DNA of 64,000 nucleotides, from the NCBI GenBank assembly GCA_017302105.1, contig JAFLCS010000005.1:73574-137573 (forward strand), in the 5' to 3' direction. The stretch comes from Caulobacterales bacterium. Lineage in GTDB: Bacteria > Pseudomonadota > Alphaproteobacteria > Caulobacterales > Caulobacteraceae. Shown here piece by piece: positions 1-11,180 of the stretch. The notes under the pieces were generated by a model that saw nothing but the letters and a program-made list of their open reading frames with translations, made no database searches and had not been told where the DNA came from. Each line of letters starts with the position of its first letter. Position 1 is the stretch's first letter. The position numbers and the translations under genes are program-made.

Positions 1-69
1 CAGGGCTTGGCCAAGATACGCTGCGTTGCACAATGCGCAACCCCAAAATGTTCGCAAGCGCAAAAGAAT

Positions 70-798
70 CTAAACTCCTCCGCGTGGCGTTGCCCCCAGG
101 ACCGTCAGGGCGTGGCGCACGCCCAGCGCCGCTGGGGACAGGGACTGGCGCCAGGCGAGCAATCCCAGGGCCAGCAGGGCACCGGCCGCCAGGAAGACGG
201 GGTGAATCAGCCAGGCCCCTGCTGCGAGCGCGAAATAATAGACGCGGACGCCGCGATTGAACCCGTGCATGGCCGGATTGAGCACCTCGGCCGCCGTCAG
301 AGCGTAGGCGTCGAGATGATCCGGGGCGCTCTCGGCGACCGGCGCAGCACCGACCAGGGCCACGGTGTAGTTCAACTGGCGAATCGACCAGATGAAGTCC
401 AGCAGCCCGCGCGCCAGGCAGACGCTGATGAGGGCGAACTTGACCTCCATCACACGAGTCGGTGCCTCCAGACCGACTGCCGGCAGATTGCGGATTGCCG
501 CCTCACCTCCGAACAGGACGCCACCGACGGCCGCAATCAGGATTAGGTTGGCCGAGGCGAAGAAGGATGCCGAGTTGATCGTATGGCCGAGCAACTGGCT
601 GTCGACCATGCGCACTTCGCGGCGCGTCATGGCGCGCATCCAGGCGGCCCGCATCAGGTCGAGATCGGCGTTCAGGGCTCCGCGGCGGCGTCCGATCAGC
701 CGGATCATCGGCTCGCACGCCAACCAGGCCAGCAGGAAGACGGTCAAGGCTGCCAGGTCCAGCAGGGACAGTCCGAACAGGTCATCCATGATCAGCAC
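70..798 (-). CDS. DUF599-like integral membrane protein
   Basis: 242-aa ORF with several hydrophobic helices ([63 protein letters not shown]). The family is assigned from memory only. Confidence 0.6.
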   Translation of the reverse strand: MLIMDDLFGLSLLDLAALTVFLLAWLACEPMIRLIGRRRGALNADLDLMRAAWMRAMTRREVRMVDSQLLGHTINSASFFASANLILIAAVGGVLFGGEAAIRNLPAVGLEAPTRVMEVKFALISVCLARGLLDFIWSIRQLNYTVALVGAAPVAESAPDHLDAYALTAAEVLNPAMHGFNRGVRVYYFALAAGAWLIHPVFLAAGALLALGLLAWRQSLSPAALGVRHALTVLGATPRGGV

Positions 799-923
799 CT
801 CCGAAACCCTTGCCAGCCTGGCGTTGCCTTAGCACAGCCGACCGCCACAACCAGGTGCTGACGCGCAAGCCTGCTGCGTCAAGATCGGACGCGCCACATT
901 CTGTCTGTCCAACCGCGCGAAGA

Positions 924-944
924 GAACATATTGCGAACGGGAAC
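924..944. promoter_or_regulatory. LexA (SOS) box of the alphaproteobacterial type, GAAC-N7-GAAC, upstream of recA
   Basis: GAAC(924-927)-atattgc-GAAC(935-938), followed by gg-GAAC(941-944). It lies about 90 nt upstream of the recA ATG. Confidence 0.6.
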
Positions 945-1034
945 AAACCGTGCACATATTCGTCGTGTCGCAGCGGCGGGTCCATGGCGGGGCTGATCGG
1001 ACGGCGGCGGGAATCGTGTAAGGGGAGACCTTCG

Positions 1035-2114
1035 ATGGCGCAGGCGGCTTTGAGACTGGTGGGCAAGCAGGATTCGGACAAGGCGAAGGCGCTAGAAGCG
1101 GCGCTCGCCCAGATTGATCGGGCGTTCGGCAAGGGCTCGGTGATGAAGCTCGGCAACGCCGGGGCTGCCAATGAGATTGAATCGGTCTCGACCGGTTCGC
1201 TGGGTCTGGACATGGCGCTGGGTATCGGCGGCCTGCCGGTGGGCCGGGTTATCGAGATCTTCGGCCCGGAAAGCTCGGGCAAGACCACCCTGGCCCTGCA
1301 CACCGTGGCCGAGGTCCAGAAGAAGGGCGGGGTCGCCGCCTTCGTCGACGCCGAACACGCGCTGGATCCGGTCTATGCCCAGAAGCTGGGCGTGAACCTC
1401 GATGATCTGCTGGTGTCCCAGCCGGATCACGGCGAACAGGCGCTGGAGATCACCGACACCCTGGTCCGCTCCGGTGCGGTCGACATTGTGGTGGTCGATT
1501 CGGTCGCCGCCCTGACGCCGCGCGCCGAGATCGAAGGCGAGATGGGCGACAGCCTGCCGGGTCTTCAGGCCCGCTTGATGAGCCAGGCGCTGCGCAAGCT
1601 GACCGGCTCGATCTCCAAGTCCAAGTGCATCGTCATCTTCATCAACCAGATCCGGCACAAGATCGGCGTCATGTACGGCTCGCCCGAGACGACGACGGGC
1701 GGCAATGCGCTGAAATTCTACGCCTCGGTACGTCTGGACATCCGCCGCATCGGCGCGATCAAGAACCGCGACGAGATCGTCGGCAACTCGACCCGGGTCA
1801 AGGTCGTCAAGAACAAGGTCGCGCCGCCGTTCCGCGAGGTCGTGTTCGACATCATGTACGGCGAGGGCGTGTCCAAGCTGGGCGAGATCATCGACCTGGG
1901 CGTCAAGGCCGGGGTGATCGAGAAGTCCGGCTCATGGTTCTCCTATGACTCGACCCGGATCGGTCAGGGCCGCGAAAATGTGCGTGAGTTTCTCAAGAAC
2001 AATCCGGACATGGCCGACGCCATCGAAAAGGCCGTGCGCGGCTCCACCGACCGCATCGCCGAGGATATGTTGGGCCATCCCGAGCCGGAAGAAGGTCAGG
2101 ACGACGACGCCTAG
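1035..2114 (+). CDS. recA: Recombinase RecA
   Basis: Walker A motif [10 protein letters not shown]. Strongly conserved RecA sequence ([23 protein letters not shown]..., [37 protein letters not shown]). I chose the ATG at 1035, preceded by AGGGGAGA; the 434-aa ORF start at 810 is an upstream extension. Confidence 0.97.
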   Translation: MAQAALRLVGKQDSDKAKALEAALAQIDRAFGKGSVMKLGNAGAANEIESVSTGSLGLDMALGIGGLPVGRVIEIFGPESSGKTTLALHTVAEVQKKGGVAAFVDAEHALDPVYAQKLGVNLDDLLVSQPDHGEQALEITDTLVRSGAVDIVVVDSVAALTPRAEIEGEMGDSLPGLQARLMSQALRKLTGSISKSKCIVIFINQIRHKIGVMYGSPETTTGGNALKFYASVRLDIRRIGAIKNRDEIVGNSTRVKVVKNKVAPPFREVVFDIMYGEGVSKLGEIIDLGVKAGVIEKSGSWFSYDSTRIGQGRENVREFLKNNPDMADAIEKAVRGSTDRIAEDMLGHPEPEEGQDDDA

Positions 2115-2205
2115 GCGTCAGCCCGTCTCCTGAGACCTCTCCAGCGCCGGGCCGCTTGCGACCCGCCACCGACCCCGCAGGCCAGAGCCGGTCTGGAGAC
2201 GAGAG

Positions 2206-2236
2206 CCGTCCGCCCCGCCGGCGGGCGGCTTTCACC
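2206..2236. terminator. GC-rich hairpin between convergent recA and the lipoprotein gene
   Basis: CCGCCCCGCC/GGCGGGCGG stem followed by CTTTCACCTTT. Confidence 0.5.
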
Positions 2237-2248
2237 TTTGTGGGACGT

Positions 2249-2641
2249 CTAGTCGCCCGGCCCCAGGGTGAAGGTCAGCCGGTAGGGCCGGGGATCCTGC
2301 GGACCTTCGTGCCGCCGCTCCGGCGTGATCTCGGTCAGCCTCAGGCTGCGCGCATCCTCCAGCGCCAGGCCGCGGTTCCAATCCATCACCTCGGTGCGGG
2401 TCTGGCGGTCGGTGCGAATCTCGACCCGGACCCGAAAGAAGCCGGCGTGGACGCACATCACATCGACGGGACAGCGGCTGTCCTCCAGGACCTCCAGCGG
2501 GCGGATGCGCACATCGCCGATCACCGCGGTCTGGTTCAATCCGGCTGATGCCTCGCCGTCGAACACCCTCGGTTCGCTGCCCATCGGCGCGGCGGCGCAG
2601 GCGCTCAGGGCCAGGCAGGATACGAGGGCGAGGCGCATCAT
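2249..2641 (-). CDS. Small lipoprotein, function unknown
   Basis: N-terminus MMRLALVSCLALSAC carries a lipobox (LSAC). Confidence 0.6.
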   Translation of the reverse strand: MMRLALVSCLALSACAAAPMGSEPRVFDGEASAGLNQTAVIGDVRIRPLEVLEDSRCPVDVMCVHAGFFRVRVEIRTDRQTRTEVMDWNRGLALEDARSLRLTEITPERRHEGPQDPRPYRLTFTLGPGD

Positions 2642-2662
2642 TCGTCTCCCAGAGGCTGAGCC

Positions 2663-3487
2663 CTAAAAGGGAACCACCTTGTTGGCGACATCGTGGCCGA
2701 TGTCCGCATCACCCAGGAACGCGATCCCTGAGACCTCGCACCAGTGCCGCACGATTTCCTCGGCCGTGCGCTCGAACGGCGGATCGTTGTCGGGCACGTC
2801 CGAGATGCGCCCGAGCCGGAAGCCTGCCGCGCGCCGAACCGCCGGGCTGGAGGTGACGTGAAACAGGCTGCGGTCGATCCGATACAGGTGCTCGGACACA
2901 TCCTCGATCATCAGCACCCGCCCGCTGAAATCCGGCTCGAGCGGCGTGCCCAACAGGCTCGACAGCACCGTCAGATTGAAGGCCAGGCTGGGCGCGGCCA
3001 GCGCTGTCGGCTCGCACGCCGTGGGATCGGCCTGGACCAGCCAGTCCAGCGCCCTCATCACCGCCGCCTCGCCGCCTTCGCGCAACACATCCTGGCACAT
3101 CGGCCCATGCGCCGCCCGGCCAGCCTCCGCTCGAACCAATCCAGCCAACACGAAGCCCAGATCCGAATAGCCCAGGAACGGCTTGTTCAGACCCTCGGGC
3201 GACAGCCGTCCGATCGCCGCCTCGGCGATGCGGTTCGAGCCATAGCCGCCGCGCGCGAACCAGACCGCGTTGATGGCCGGATCATTGGCCGTCTCGACCA
3301 GGGCGTCCTCGCGCAGCCGATCCGGCCCGGCGAAATGGCCGTCCTTCAAGAAACACTGGGGGTGGATCACGATCTCGACCGGACGGCCCGGCCGCATCGC
3401 CGCCAGCTTGAGCACGCGCTCGCCGGCCTCGGGGCTGAAACGCCCGGCCGGGGCCACGACGCCGATCCTGAACGGTTTGGCGCTCAA
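2663..3487 (-). CDS. ldcA: LD-carboxypeptidase (peptidase S66, muramoyltetrapeptide carboxypeptidase)
   Basis: RIGVVAPAG..., [14 protein letters not shown], and later GYSDLG and IGHD motifs typical of LdcA. Confidence 0.85.
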   Translation of the reverse strand: MSAKPFRIGVVAPAGRFSPEAGERVLKLAAMRPGRPVEIVIHPQCFLKDGHFAGPDRLREDALVETANDPAINAVWFARGGYGSNRIAEAAIGRLSPEGLNKPFLGYSDLGFVLAGLVRAEAGRAAHGPMCQDVLREGGEAAVMRALDWLVQADPTACEPTALAAPSLAFNLTVLSSLLGTPLEPDFSGRVLMIEDVSEHLYRIDRSLFHVTSSPAVRRAAGFRLGRISDVPDNDPPFERTAEEIVRHWCEVSGIAFLGDADIGHDVANKVVPF

Positions 3488-3528
3488 CGCCCCCTCCCCA
3501 AACGCTTGGTCCAGTCTATAGAGGCCCG

Positions 3529-4932
3529 ATGACGAATCCGTCCTACTTTTTCTGCGGCGTCGGCGGCTCGGGCATGGCCCCGCTGGCGATGATCATGCGT
3601 GCGCGCGGCCATGACGTCGCCGGTTCTGACCGGGCGCTGGATCAGTCCCGCGTCGCGGCCCGCTTCGATTTCCTGGCTGGCCAGGGCGTCACCCTGTTCC
3701 CCCAGGACGGTTCGGGCGTCACCGACCCGTCCCAGATTGTGGTCGCCTCGGCCGCCGTCGAGGACACCGTGCCGGACATGGTCTCGGCCCGCCGCGTCGG
3801 GGCCCGCGTCCAGCGCCGGGCCGAGCTGCTCAGCCAGCTGTTCAACAGCGCCGACCAGCGCATCGGCGTGGCCGGCACCTCGGGCAAGTCGACCATCACC
3901 GCCATGCTGACCTGGATCCTGGACCGGGCCGGGCTGGACCCGACGGTGATCAACGGCGCCGATATGCTGAACTATGTCACGCCCGACACGCCGTTCGCCG
4001 CGGCTCGCGTCGGCACAGCCGGGCTGTTCGCCGCTGAGGTCGATGAGAGCGACGGCTCCATCGCCCTGTACGACCCGACCATCGCGGTGGTCTCCAACAT
4101 CAGCCTCGACCACAAGTCGATGGATGAGCTGCGTGCCCTGTTCGGTGCCTTCGTGGCCAAGGCCCGCGTCGCGGTGCTCAATCTCGACAATGACGAAAGC
4201 GCCGCCCTGGCCGCCCAGAGCGGAGGCCGCGCCGTGACCTTCAGCCTGACCTCGCAGGCCGCCGACCTGTCCGCCGCCGATGTGGTTCAGCGCCCCGACG
4301 GCGTCGACTTCAAGGCCCGCACCCCCTCCGGCACTGCCTGGCCGGTGCGGTTGCTGACACCTGGCCTGCACAACGTCGCCAATGCCCTGGCTGCGCTCCT
4401 GGCCGCGCAGGCGCTGGGCGTCGACCTGGCCGCCGCCACCGCCGCCCTGTCGGATTTCCGCGGCGTGCGCCGTCGGCTGGAGGTGACCGGAACCGCCGCC
4501 GGGGTCACCGTCATCGACGACTTCGCCCACAACCCGGACAAGATCGCCGCCACCTTGCGGACCCTGCGCGCCTTTGACGGCCGGTTGCTGGTGATGTTCC
4601 AGCCGCACGGCTATGGCCCGATCCGGCTGATGCGGCGCGAACTGGCCGAGGCGTTCCAGCAGGGGTTGGCCCCCGGCGACGTCCTGATCATGCCCGAGCC
4701 GGTCTATTACGGCGGCACCACCGATCGCTCGGTCGGCAGCGCCGATCTGATCGCCGATCTGGTCGCCCTGGGGATCGAGGCCGAGGCCTATCCGGACCGC
4801 GCCGCCTGCGGCGATCGCCTGATCGCCCTGGCCCAGCCGGGCGACCGCATCATCGTCATGGGCGCGCGCGACGATACGCTCAGCGTCTTTGCGCACGAAC
4901 TTCTGGACCGGCTCGATCAGGCCAGGGCCTGA
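3529..4932 (+). CDS. Mur ligase family protein (Mpl/MurC-like UDP-N-acetylmuramate-peptide ligase)
   Basis: N-terminal [28 protein letters not shown] and P-loop [14 protein letters not shown]. Divergent from ldcA, which suggests a role in peptidoglycan recycling. Confidence 0.8.
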   Translation: MTNPSYFFCGVGGSGMAPLAMIMRARGHDVAGSDRALDQSRVAARFDFLAGQGVTLFPQDGSGVTDPSQIVVASAAVEDTVPDMVSARRVGARVQRRAELLSQLFNSADQRIGVAGTSGKSTITAMLTWILDRAGLDPTVINGADMLNYVTPDTPFAAARVGTAGLFAAEVDESDGSIALYDPTIAVVSNISLDHKSMDELRALFGAFVAKARVAVLNLDNDESAALAAQSGGRAVTFSLTSQAADLSAADVVQRPDGVDFKARTPSGTAWPVRLLTPGLHNVANALAALLAAQALGVDLAAATAALSDFRGVRRRLEVTGTAAGVTVIDDFAHNPDKIAATLRTLRAFDGRLLVMFQPHGYGPIRLMRRELAEAFQQGLAPGDVLIMPEPVYYGGTTDRSVGSADLIADLVALGIEAEAYPDRAACGDRLIALAQPGDRIIVMGARDDTLSVFAHELLDRLDQARA

Positions 4933-5399
4933 CGGGACGGGTCGAAGGCCACGACCTCGCGGATCGTGATCATGCTCTGGAACTGGCTGACGTGGGCCTC
5001 GGTGGTCAGTTCGCGCTCGCCGAAGACCTCATAGTCGCGCATCGACGGCACCACGAGATAGAGCAGGAACGACCATTCGCCGGTGACGTCCCAGGCCGCC
5101 TGGACCTCGGGGCTGGCCTTCATCGCCGCCTTGAAGGCGTCGGCGGCCTTGCGGTCCTGGGAGGCCATCTTGACCAGGACGTGCAGCACGATGCGCGGCG
5201 CGATCCGGTCGGCGTCGACAATGGCGATGTCGCGCGCGATCACGCCCTCGGCCCGCAGACGACGCAGCCGTCGGAGCACCGCCGATTCCGACAGGCCCAC
5301 CGCCTCGGCGGTGATCCGCGCCGGCTCCAGATTATTGATCCGTGCCCGCGCCAGCAGCTTGCGGTCAAAGGCGTCGAGCGTGACGAAATCCGGCGTCAT
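4917..5399 (-). CDS. Lrp/AsnC-family transcriptional regulator
   Basis: [47 protein letters not shown] helix-turn-helix. Start taken at the ATG at 5399. Confidence 0.85.
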   Translation of the reverse strand: MTPDFVTLDAFDRKLLARARINNLEPARITAEAVGLSESAVLRRLRRLRAEGVIARDIAIVDADRIAPRIVLHVLVKMASQDRKAADAFKAAMKASPEVQAAWDVTGEWSFLLYLVVPSMRDYEVFGERELTTEAHVSQFQSMITIREVVAFDPSRQALA

Positions 5400-5480
5400 T
5401 GATCCAATCCTGACGAAAACAGGTACAGTATCGTCGAAAATCGCCGAGAAGCACATCGCCGATTTCGCTAGCTTCGGGGC

Positions 5481-6413
5481 ATGACGACGCTCGCTCTCAA
5501 ACCTTCGAAACTGCCCGACCTGGTCCGCAACGGCTGGCCCTATGCGCTGATGGTCGTGGCCATGTTGTCCTTCGCCAGCGGCACGGCGGCGGCCAAGACC
5601 CTGTTCCCGGCCATCGGGGCCGAGGGAACGGTGACGCTGCGGGTGGTGCTGTCGGCGCTACTGATGGCGATGATCTTCCAGCCGTGGAAGGCCCGGCGCG
5701 CGCCCAGGGACCTGGCCCTGACGCTGGTGTTCGGCCTGGTGCTGGGGGCGATGAACCTGTTCTTCTATCTGTCGCTCAGAACCCTGCCGGTCGGGGTGGC
5801 GCTGGGCATCGAATTCCTGGGGCCGCTGTCGGTGGCCCTCCTGGGCGCGCGCCGGCTGTCCCACTTCGCCTGGGTCGGGCTGGCGGTGGTCGGCCTGGCG
5901 CTGCTGTTGCCGCTGACGGGGCAGTCGATCGACCTGGTCGGGGCCGGATTCGCCGCCTTGGCCGCTGTGTTCTGGGCGCTCTACATCGTGCTGGGCAAGC
6001 GGTTGTCCGAGTTCGATGCCGGCCGTTCGCTGGCCATGGGTATGGCTGCGGCGGTGATCGTGGTCGCGCCGGTCGGTATCGAACCGGTGTTGTCCGGTGC
6101 TCTGTTCAGCCCGCCGATCCTGGCCATGGGGCTGCTGGTCGCGATCCTGTCCAGCGCTGTGCCCTATACGCTGGAGATGGCGGCCCTGCGCCACATTCCC
6201 AAGCGCACCTTCGGCGTGATGCTCAGCCTGGATCCGGCCATCGGTGCCCTGTCCGGACTGATCCTGTTGGGGGAGATGCTGAACGGACAACAGTGGCTGG
6301 CCATCGCCTGTATCGTCGGTGCCTCGGTCGGGGCGGTGGTGACCTCCGGCGCGCAGGGACCGCGTGAAACGCCGGAGGGCGAGGTCGAGGCGTTCGAGCC
6401 GAAGGAAGCCTGA
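5481..6413 (+). CDS. rhtA: EamA/DMT transporter, RhtA-like threonine/homoserine exporter
   Basis: About ten transmembrane helices. Motifs resemble E. coli RhtA (AKTLFPAIGAEG, LEFLGPL, AVPYTLEMAALRHIPKRTFGVMLSLDPA). Divergent from the Lrp regulator. Confidence 0.75.
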   Translation: MTTLALKPSKLPDLVRNGWPYALMVVAMLSFASGTAAAKTLFPAIGAEGTVTLRVVLSALLMAMIFQPWKARRAPRDLALTLVFGLVLGAMNLFFYLSLRTLPVGVALGIEFLGPLSVALLGARRLSHFAWVGLAVVGLALLLPLTGQSIDLVGAGFAALAAVFWALYIVLGKRLSEFDAGRSLAMGMAAAVIVVAPVGIEPVLSGALFSPPILAMGLLVAILSSAVPYTLEMAALRHIPKRTFGVMLSLDPAIGALSGLILLGEMLNGQQWLAIACIVGASVGAVVTSGAQGPRETPEGEVEAFEPKEA

Positions 6414-6471
6414 CTTCACGCCCCGTTAACCACGTTCCCGCATCCGTTAAGGACAGTTTCCGGGGCCCCCT

Positions 6472-7827
6472 TTGCGTCATCTCGTCCAAGCCGTCCGCGC
6501 CGTTGACCCCGTGGTGGTGACCGGCAAGGTCGCGGCCGTTTCGGGCCTCTTGATCGAGGCGCGCGGCGGCCTCAGCCGACTGTCGGTCGGGGCCCGGGCA
6601 GAGATTGAGCGTGGGGCTGCCAATGATCCGCTGCCGGCCGAAGTCGTCGGCTTTCGCGACGCCAAGGCTCTGTTGATGCCATTTGGCCCGGTTGAAGGCG
6701 TATCGCCCGGAGCTGATATCCGCCTGGTTGAGGACGGTGCCAATGTGCGCCCCACGACGGCCTGGCTGGGCCGGATCGTCGATGCCTTCGGCCAGCCGAT
6801 CGACGGCAAGGGGCCGCTGCCACGGGGGCCGCACCCGTATCCGCTGAGGGCTGCGCCACCGGCCGCCCATGCGCGGGACCGTGTAGGCGAACGTCTGGAC
6901 CTCGGAGTGCGGGCGCTGGACTGTTTCGTCACCACCTGCCGGGGTCAGCGCCTGGGCATTTTCGCGGGATCCGGCGTCGGCAAGTCGGTGCTGCTGTCGA
7001 TGCTGGCGCGTAAGGCGACCTGCGACGCGGTGGTCGTCGGTCTTATCGGCGAGCGAGGCCGCGAGGTCCGGGAATTCATCGAGGAGACCCTGGGCGAGGC
7101 CGGCCTGGCCCGCTCCATCGTCGTGGTGGCCACCTCGGACGAGCCGGCGCTGAAACGACGCCAGGCGGCCTATATGACGATGGCCCTGTCGGAATATCTA
7201 CGCGACCAGGGGCTGGAAGTCCTGTGTCTGATGGACTCCGTTACCCGCTTCGCCATGGCTCAGCGCGAGATCGGCCTGGCGGCGGGCGAGCCGCCGACCA
7301 CCAAGGGCTATACACCGACGGTCTTTTCCGAATTGCCCAAGCTGCTGGAGCGGGCCGGGCCCGGGCCGATCGGCCCGCATGGCAAGCGCGGTGGTCCGAT
7401 CACCGGCCTGTTCACCGTGCTGGTTGACGGCGGCGACCACGATGAACCCATCGCCGATGCGGTGCGCGGGATCCTCGACGGCCACATCGTCATGGACCGC
7501 AAGATTGCCGAGCGAGGCCGCTTTCCGGCCATCGACGTCCTGAAATCCGTCAGCCGGACGATGCCGGACTGCCAGGCACCCGAAGAGCGCGAACTGAACA
7601 AGCGCGCGCGTCTGTCGCTGTCCTCCTATGCCGACATGGAGGAGCTGATCCGCATTGGGGCATATCGGGCCGGAGCCGATCCGGTCGTGGACCGCGCCAT
7701 TGCGCTCAATCCCGCGCTCGAAGAATTCCTTCGCCAGAACAAGGACGATTCGACGCCTCTTAACGAAGCGTTTGCTCGTCTGGCGACCATACTGAACCAG
7801 GGTAGGGTTGAGGAGCCGTTTCAATGA
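6472..7827 (+). CDS. fliI: Flagellum-specific export ATPase FliI
   Basis: Walker [11 protein letters not shown], and the F1/T3SS ATPase core ([34 protein letters not shown]). The start is a TTG from the ORF caller and is uncertain. Confidence 0.93.
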   Translation: MRHLVQAVRAVDPVVVTGKVAAVSGLLIEARGGLSRLSVGARAEIERGAANDPLPAEVVGFRDAKALLMPFGPVEGVSPGADIRLVEDGANVRPTTAWLGRIVDAFGQPIDGKGPLPRGPHPYPLRAAPPAAHARDRVGERLDLGVRALDCFVTTCRGQRLGIFAGSGVGKSVLLSMLARKATCDAVVVGLIGERGREVREFIEETLGEAGLARSIVVVATSDEPALKRRQAAYMTMALSEYLRDQGLEVLCLMDSVTRFAMAQREIGLAAGEPPTTKGYTPTVFSELPKLLERAGPGPIGPHGKRGGPITGLFTVLVDGGDHDEPIADAVRGILDGHIVMDRKIAERGRFPAIDVLKSVSRTMPDCQAPEERELNKRARLSLSSYADMEELIRIGAYRAGADPVVDRAIALNPALEEFLRQNKDDSTPLNEAFARLATILNQGRVEEPFQ

Positions 7828-8240
7828 CCAAGTGGGCGCAGTCGCTGATCCGCATCTCGAACTATGAGGTCGAGACGCTGCAAAAGCGTCTGGCCGACAT
7901 CGCCACGCGCCGCGCCACCGCCGAAATGCGGATTGCCGTGCTGGACGCCGAGCGGGAGCTGGAAACCGAGAACGCGCGGGCTTGCCCGACCTCAGGCCGC
8001 CACCTGGAAGCCTATCTCGGCGGCTGGAAAATGCGCCGCGACACCGCCCAGTCCGACCTGCTTGAGGTCGAGAGCGAGGAAACCGGCGCGCGGGACGCGT
8101 TGATGGCGGCATTCGAGGAACTCAAGAAGTTCGAACACGTCGCCGAGGCGACACGGCTGACCCAGCTGGCGGCGGCTGCGCGGCGAGAATCCGCCGCCAT
8201 GGACGAACAGGCCATCCGCCGGTCCGCCCGCATGGGCTAG
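7824..8240 (+). CDS. fliJ: Flagellar export chaperone FliJ
   Basis: 138-aa coiled-coil protein overlapping the fliI stop by 4 nt. Position and composition are typical of FliJ. Confidence 0.75.
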   Translation: MTKWAQSLIRISNYEVETLQKRLADIATRRATAEMRIAVLDAERELETENARACPTSGRHLEAYLGGWKMRRDTAQSDLLEVESEETGARDALMAAFEELKKFEHVAEATRLTQLAAAARRESAAMDEQAIRRSARMG

Positions 8241-8340
8241 CATCGGGCGCAAGCCCGCCCGCAAGATCTGACCGTCTTCGCCTTGGCTTTCGCGCGTTCA
8301 ATCCTTAGGTTCCGGCCAACCGAAACCACAGGAGCTCGCC

Positions 8341-9405
8341 ATGACCGCCAATCCGACCGACCCCATGGGCCTGGACGGCTTCGAGTTCGTCGAATTCGTC
8401 AGCCCTGACCCAGCCGCCATGAAAACGCACTTCGAGACTATGGGTTTCGTGGCGTCCCACACCCGGCCTGATGGTGGCGTGGTGCGAATGAAGCAGGGCG
8501 AAATTTCTTTTCTGATCAACACTTCGGACGGCCCCAACGCGACGGCCTTCCGCGACGCCCACGGCCCGTCAGCCGCCGGCATGGCTTTCAAGGTCAAGGA
8601 CGCCGCGTCCGCCTATGACCTGGCGATTGCGCGCGGGGCCAAGCCGGCCGAGGCCCCGAGGAACGCCCTGGGCGACTATCCCTATGTGCTTCAGGGCATC
8701 GGCGGGTCGTTGCTCTATCTGGTCGACAAGACCGGGGCCGAGGGCCTCTATGACGCGTGGGACGAGGTTGCCGGTTGGCGCGAGGCCGAGGCCAGAGCGA
8801 ACGTTGGGCTCACCCTACTGGACCATCTGACGCACAACGTCCGCAAGGGCCAGATGCGGACCTGGTCAGGCTTCTACGGCGACGTCTTCGGCTTCGAGGA
8901 GCAGAAGTATTTCGACATCAAGGGCAAGGCCACCGGCCTGTTCTCCCAGGCGATGGTCGCACCCGACGGCATGATCCGCATCCCGCTGAACGAAAGCCAG
9001 GACGAGCAGAGCCAGATCGAGGAGTTTCTGCGCCGCTATAACGGCGAGGGCATCCAGCACATCGCGCTGCATACCGACGACATCTTCGAAACCGTCGAGG
9101 AGATGAAGCGGCGCGGCATCACCTTCCAGGACACCATCGAGACCTATTTCGACCTGATCGACAAGCGCCTGCCGGGCCACGGTGAGGACGTCGAGCGGAT
9201 GCGCGCGAACCGCATCCTGATCGATGGCTCGGACCAGGACGGCCTGCTGTTGCAGATCTTCACCCAGGACACCTTCGGGCCGATCTTCTTCGAGATCATC
9301 CAGCGCAAGGGCAACAAGGCCTTTGGTGAGGGCAACTTCCAGGCCCTGTTCGATTCCATCGAGCTGGACCAGATCCGCCGCGGTGTGGTCAAGGTCGACG
9401 CCTGA
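8341..9405 (+). CDS. hppD: 4-hydroxyphenylpyruvate dioxygenase
   Basis: GLDGFEFVEF, LDHLTHNV, GIQHIAL, FFEIIQRKG and GEGNFQALFDSIE motifs. Confidence 0.93.
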   Translation: MTANPTDPMGLDGFEFVEFVSPDPAAMKTHFETMGFVASHTRPDGGVVRMKQGEISFLINTSDGPNATAFRDAHGPSAAGMAFKVKDAASAYDLAIARGAKPAEAPRNALGDYPYVLQGIGGSLLYLVDKTGAEGLYDAWDEVAGWREAEARANVGLTLLDHLTHNVRKGQMRTWSGFYGDVFGFEEQKYFDIKGKATGLFSQAMVAPDGMIRIPLNESQDEQSQIEEFLRRYNGEGIQHIALHTDDIFETVEEMKRRGITFQDTIETYFDLIDKRLPGHGEDVERMRANRILIDGSDQDGLLLQIFTQDTFGPIFFEIIQRKGNKAFGEGNFQALFDSIELDQIRRGVVKVDA

Positions 9406-9417
9406 GCCGATTGATCG

Positions 9418-10080
9418 TCAGGTCGAGCGATCGACCGGACGATCATCGCCCAGCTTGAGGCCGACGGCCCCGCCCAATTCTATGATCATCTTGCCGACGC
9501 AGAGCAGCAACATGGTCCAGGTCGGGGCCCCAATCGCGTTCAGTCCAAAGGCCCCCAGCAGCACCGTCAGGTGCAGAACCGCGACCCGGCCATAGGGTTT
9601 GAACATCTCGCCTCCCGGCGTGGCATGGACCCAGGCTCGCGGCTTGATCCAGCTCTGCCAGAACTGGATGCCCTGAAATACGAACAAGGCGGCCACGGCG
9701 ATCCAGAAGCCCCAGCCGTCGTCGGTGGGAGAGGCATGGCCGCCTGAAATCTGTCCGGCGAGCAGGAAGGCGAAGACGCCGTGTCCCAGCCAGAAGCCGC
9801 CGTAGTGGACGATGAAGAACAGTGCCGTGCCGATCCGGGCCGGCAGGGGAGAGCCGCCGATGACCGAGCCGGGTGCCGGCGGTGGGCCGGATGCCATCAG
9901 GATTCTTGGCAGGGTAAAGATCCCGACCACAAGGTTCTCGATCCAGTAGAGGATCAGGATCATGCCGGCGTCCCAGCCCAAGAACAGCACGCCGAGCACT
10001 GGCAACAGGTTGCCCAGCACAATGCCGATCAGGGCCAGGATCCCGGCTGGACGGGCTGACGACGGACCCGTTGCGGTCAC
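9418..10080 (-). CDS. DUF6498-like polytopic membrane protein (paralog 2)
   Basis: Paralogous to the upstream gene (LFLGWDAGMILILYWIENLVVGIF versus VLNYDWNAIQVVVLFWLETLVFGIF; HYGGFWLGHGVF versus HYGLFWLVHGIL). The GTG start at 10080 overlaps the upstream TGA as GTGA. The 328-aa ORF start is an antisense-frame extension. Confidence 0.6.
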   Translation of the reverse strand: MTATGPSSARPAGILALIGIVLGNLLPVLGVLFLGWDAGMILILYWIENLVVGIFTLPRILMASGPPPAPGSVIGGSPLPARIGTALFFIVHYGGFWLGHGVFAFLLAGQISGGHASPTDDGWGFWIAVAALFVFQGIQFWQSWIKPRAWVHATPGGEMFKPYGRVAVLHLTVLLGAFGLNAIGAPTWTMLLLCVGKMIIELGGAVGLKLGDDRPVDRST

Positions 10081-10721
10081 CGCACCGCCTCGAAGCGAAC
10101 CTTGAATCCCGCCTGCCACAGGGCGACGGCAGCATCGATCACCAGCTTGGCACCGCATAACAGGATCACCAGCTCTCTCGAGCTGCCACTGAGGCTGATG
10201 ACCCAGAAGCCACCGATCACCGCAAGGTGCAGCGCGCCGACCCTGGCGTAGGGGCGACGTATCTCGGCGCTCGGATCCGCGGCGCGCCAGGCCTCGGGCC
10301 GGGCCCAGTCGCGCCAATGGCTCATTGTCTGAAGAAGACCGACTCCGATCAGCGCCATCCAGAAGCTTCGATCGGCGAAGGTGGCGCTCCAGGCGGCGTC
10401 CCAACCGCCAGCCGGCATGAAGACCAGCACGAGCACCCAGGTCAGGATCCCATGCACCAGCCAGAACAGGCCATAGTGCACCGGAAAAAAGCTGCGGAGA
10501 TGGAAGGGTTCATGCGACCCCGGCAGGCGCTCGGTGTCGCGCACGCGCATCCACGCAAAGATCCCGAAGACAAGCGTTTCAAGCCAGAACAGGACGACGA
10601 CCTGGATCGCATTCCAGTCGTAGTTCAGTACCCCCCAGATCGGGATCAGCCCGGTCACGATGATCGCCAACAGGCTGAAGATCGAAAGGCCGGTCGGCGA
10701 GGGCGCGGGACGCGTGTCCAT
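10077..10721 (-). CDS. DUF6498-like polytopic membrane protein (paralog 1)
   Basis: 214-aa hydrophobic ORF; see the paralog entry above. Confidence 0.65.
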   Translation of the reverse strand: MDTRPAPSPTGLSIFSLLAIIVTGLIPIWGVLNYDWNAIQVVVLFWLETLVFGIFAWMRVRDTERLPGSHEPFHLRSFFPVHYGLFWLVHGILTWVLVLVFMPAGGWDAAWSATFADRSFWMALIGVGLLQTMSHWRDWARPEAWRAADPSAEIRRPYARVGALHLAVIGGFWVISLSGSSRELVILLCGAKLVIDAAVALWQAGFKVRFEAVR

Positions 10722-10762
10722 TCCCCTTCATGCCGGTCCCGTGGTCGCTTGCAAAGGTGCGG

Positions 10763-10984
10763 TCAGGATTCGTCGGATTCCTGAAGGCCTGCCTTGCGTT
10801 CCTGACGGGTCAGGCGACCTGCTTTCCAGACGTGGCGCGGATTGCCGCACATCGCGCACGAGCACACCGCCAGATAGTCGGCACGCCAGAAACCGGTCGG
10901 CTGATCAGGGCGGATGCGGCGGGCTTTGGCCTTCATACGCTCAGCATCACGGCGGCGGCGCTGACGTTTGGCTTCCTGGGTCAT
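10763..10984 (-). CDS. Small, very basic Cys-cluster protein, unknown function
   Basis: 73 aa, MTQEAKRQRRRRDAERMKAKARR...CSCAMCGNPRHVWK. The ATG at 10984 is preceded by GGGAGGA. Confidence 0.5.
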   Translation of the reverse strand: MTQEAKRQRRRRDAERMKAKARRIRPDQPTGFWRADYLAVCSCAMCGNPRHVWKAGRLTRQERKAGLQESDES

Positions 10985-11180
10985 ATCGCGTCCTCCCAAC
11001 GGGCAAAGACGCGTCGGCCCCGCGCTTCAGCGAGGAAGCCGGGGCCCGGTGGCGCGATCACCACAGCCTACATATGGGGACCGCGTCTCCCAATGAAAAG
11101 TTCCGGGAACCGGGTTGTCAGAAAGGGTCAGTAGTCCTCGCGGCCACCTGACCCAGGTATGGAGCCTGAATGGGGGCTCC

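Noticed and set aside
3484-4896. 470-aa ORF antisense to the Mur ligase gene
   Set aside because: Low-complexity Gly/Arg/Asp/Ala composition typical of antisense frames in high-GC DNA. The opposite strand has a clear Mur ligase with a P-loop.
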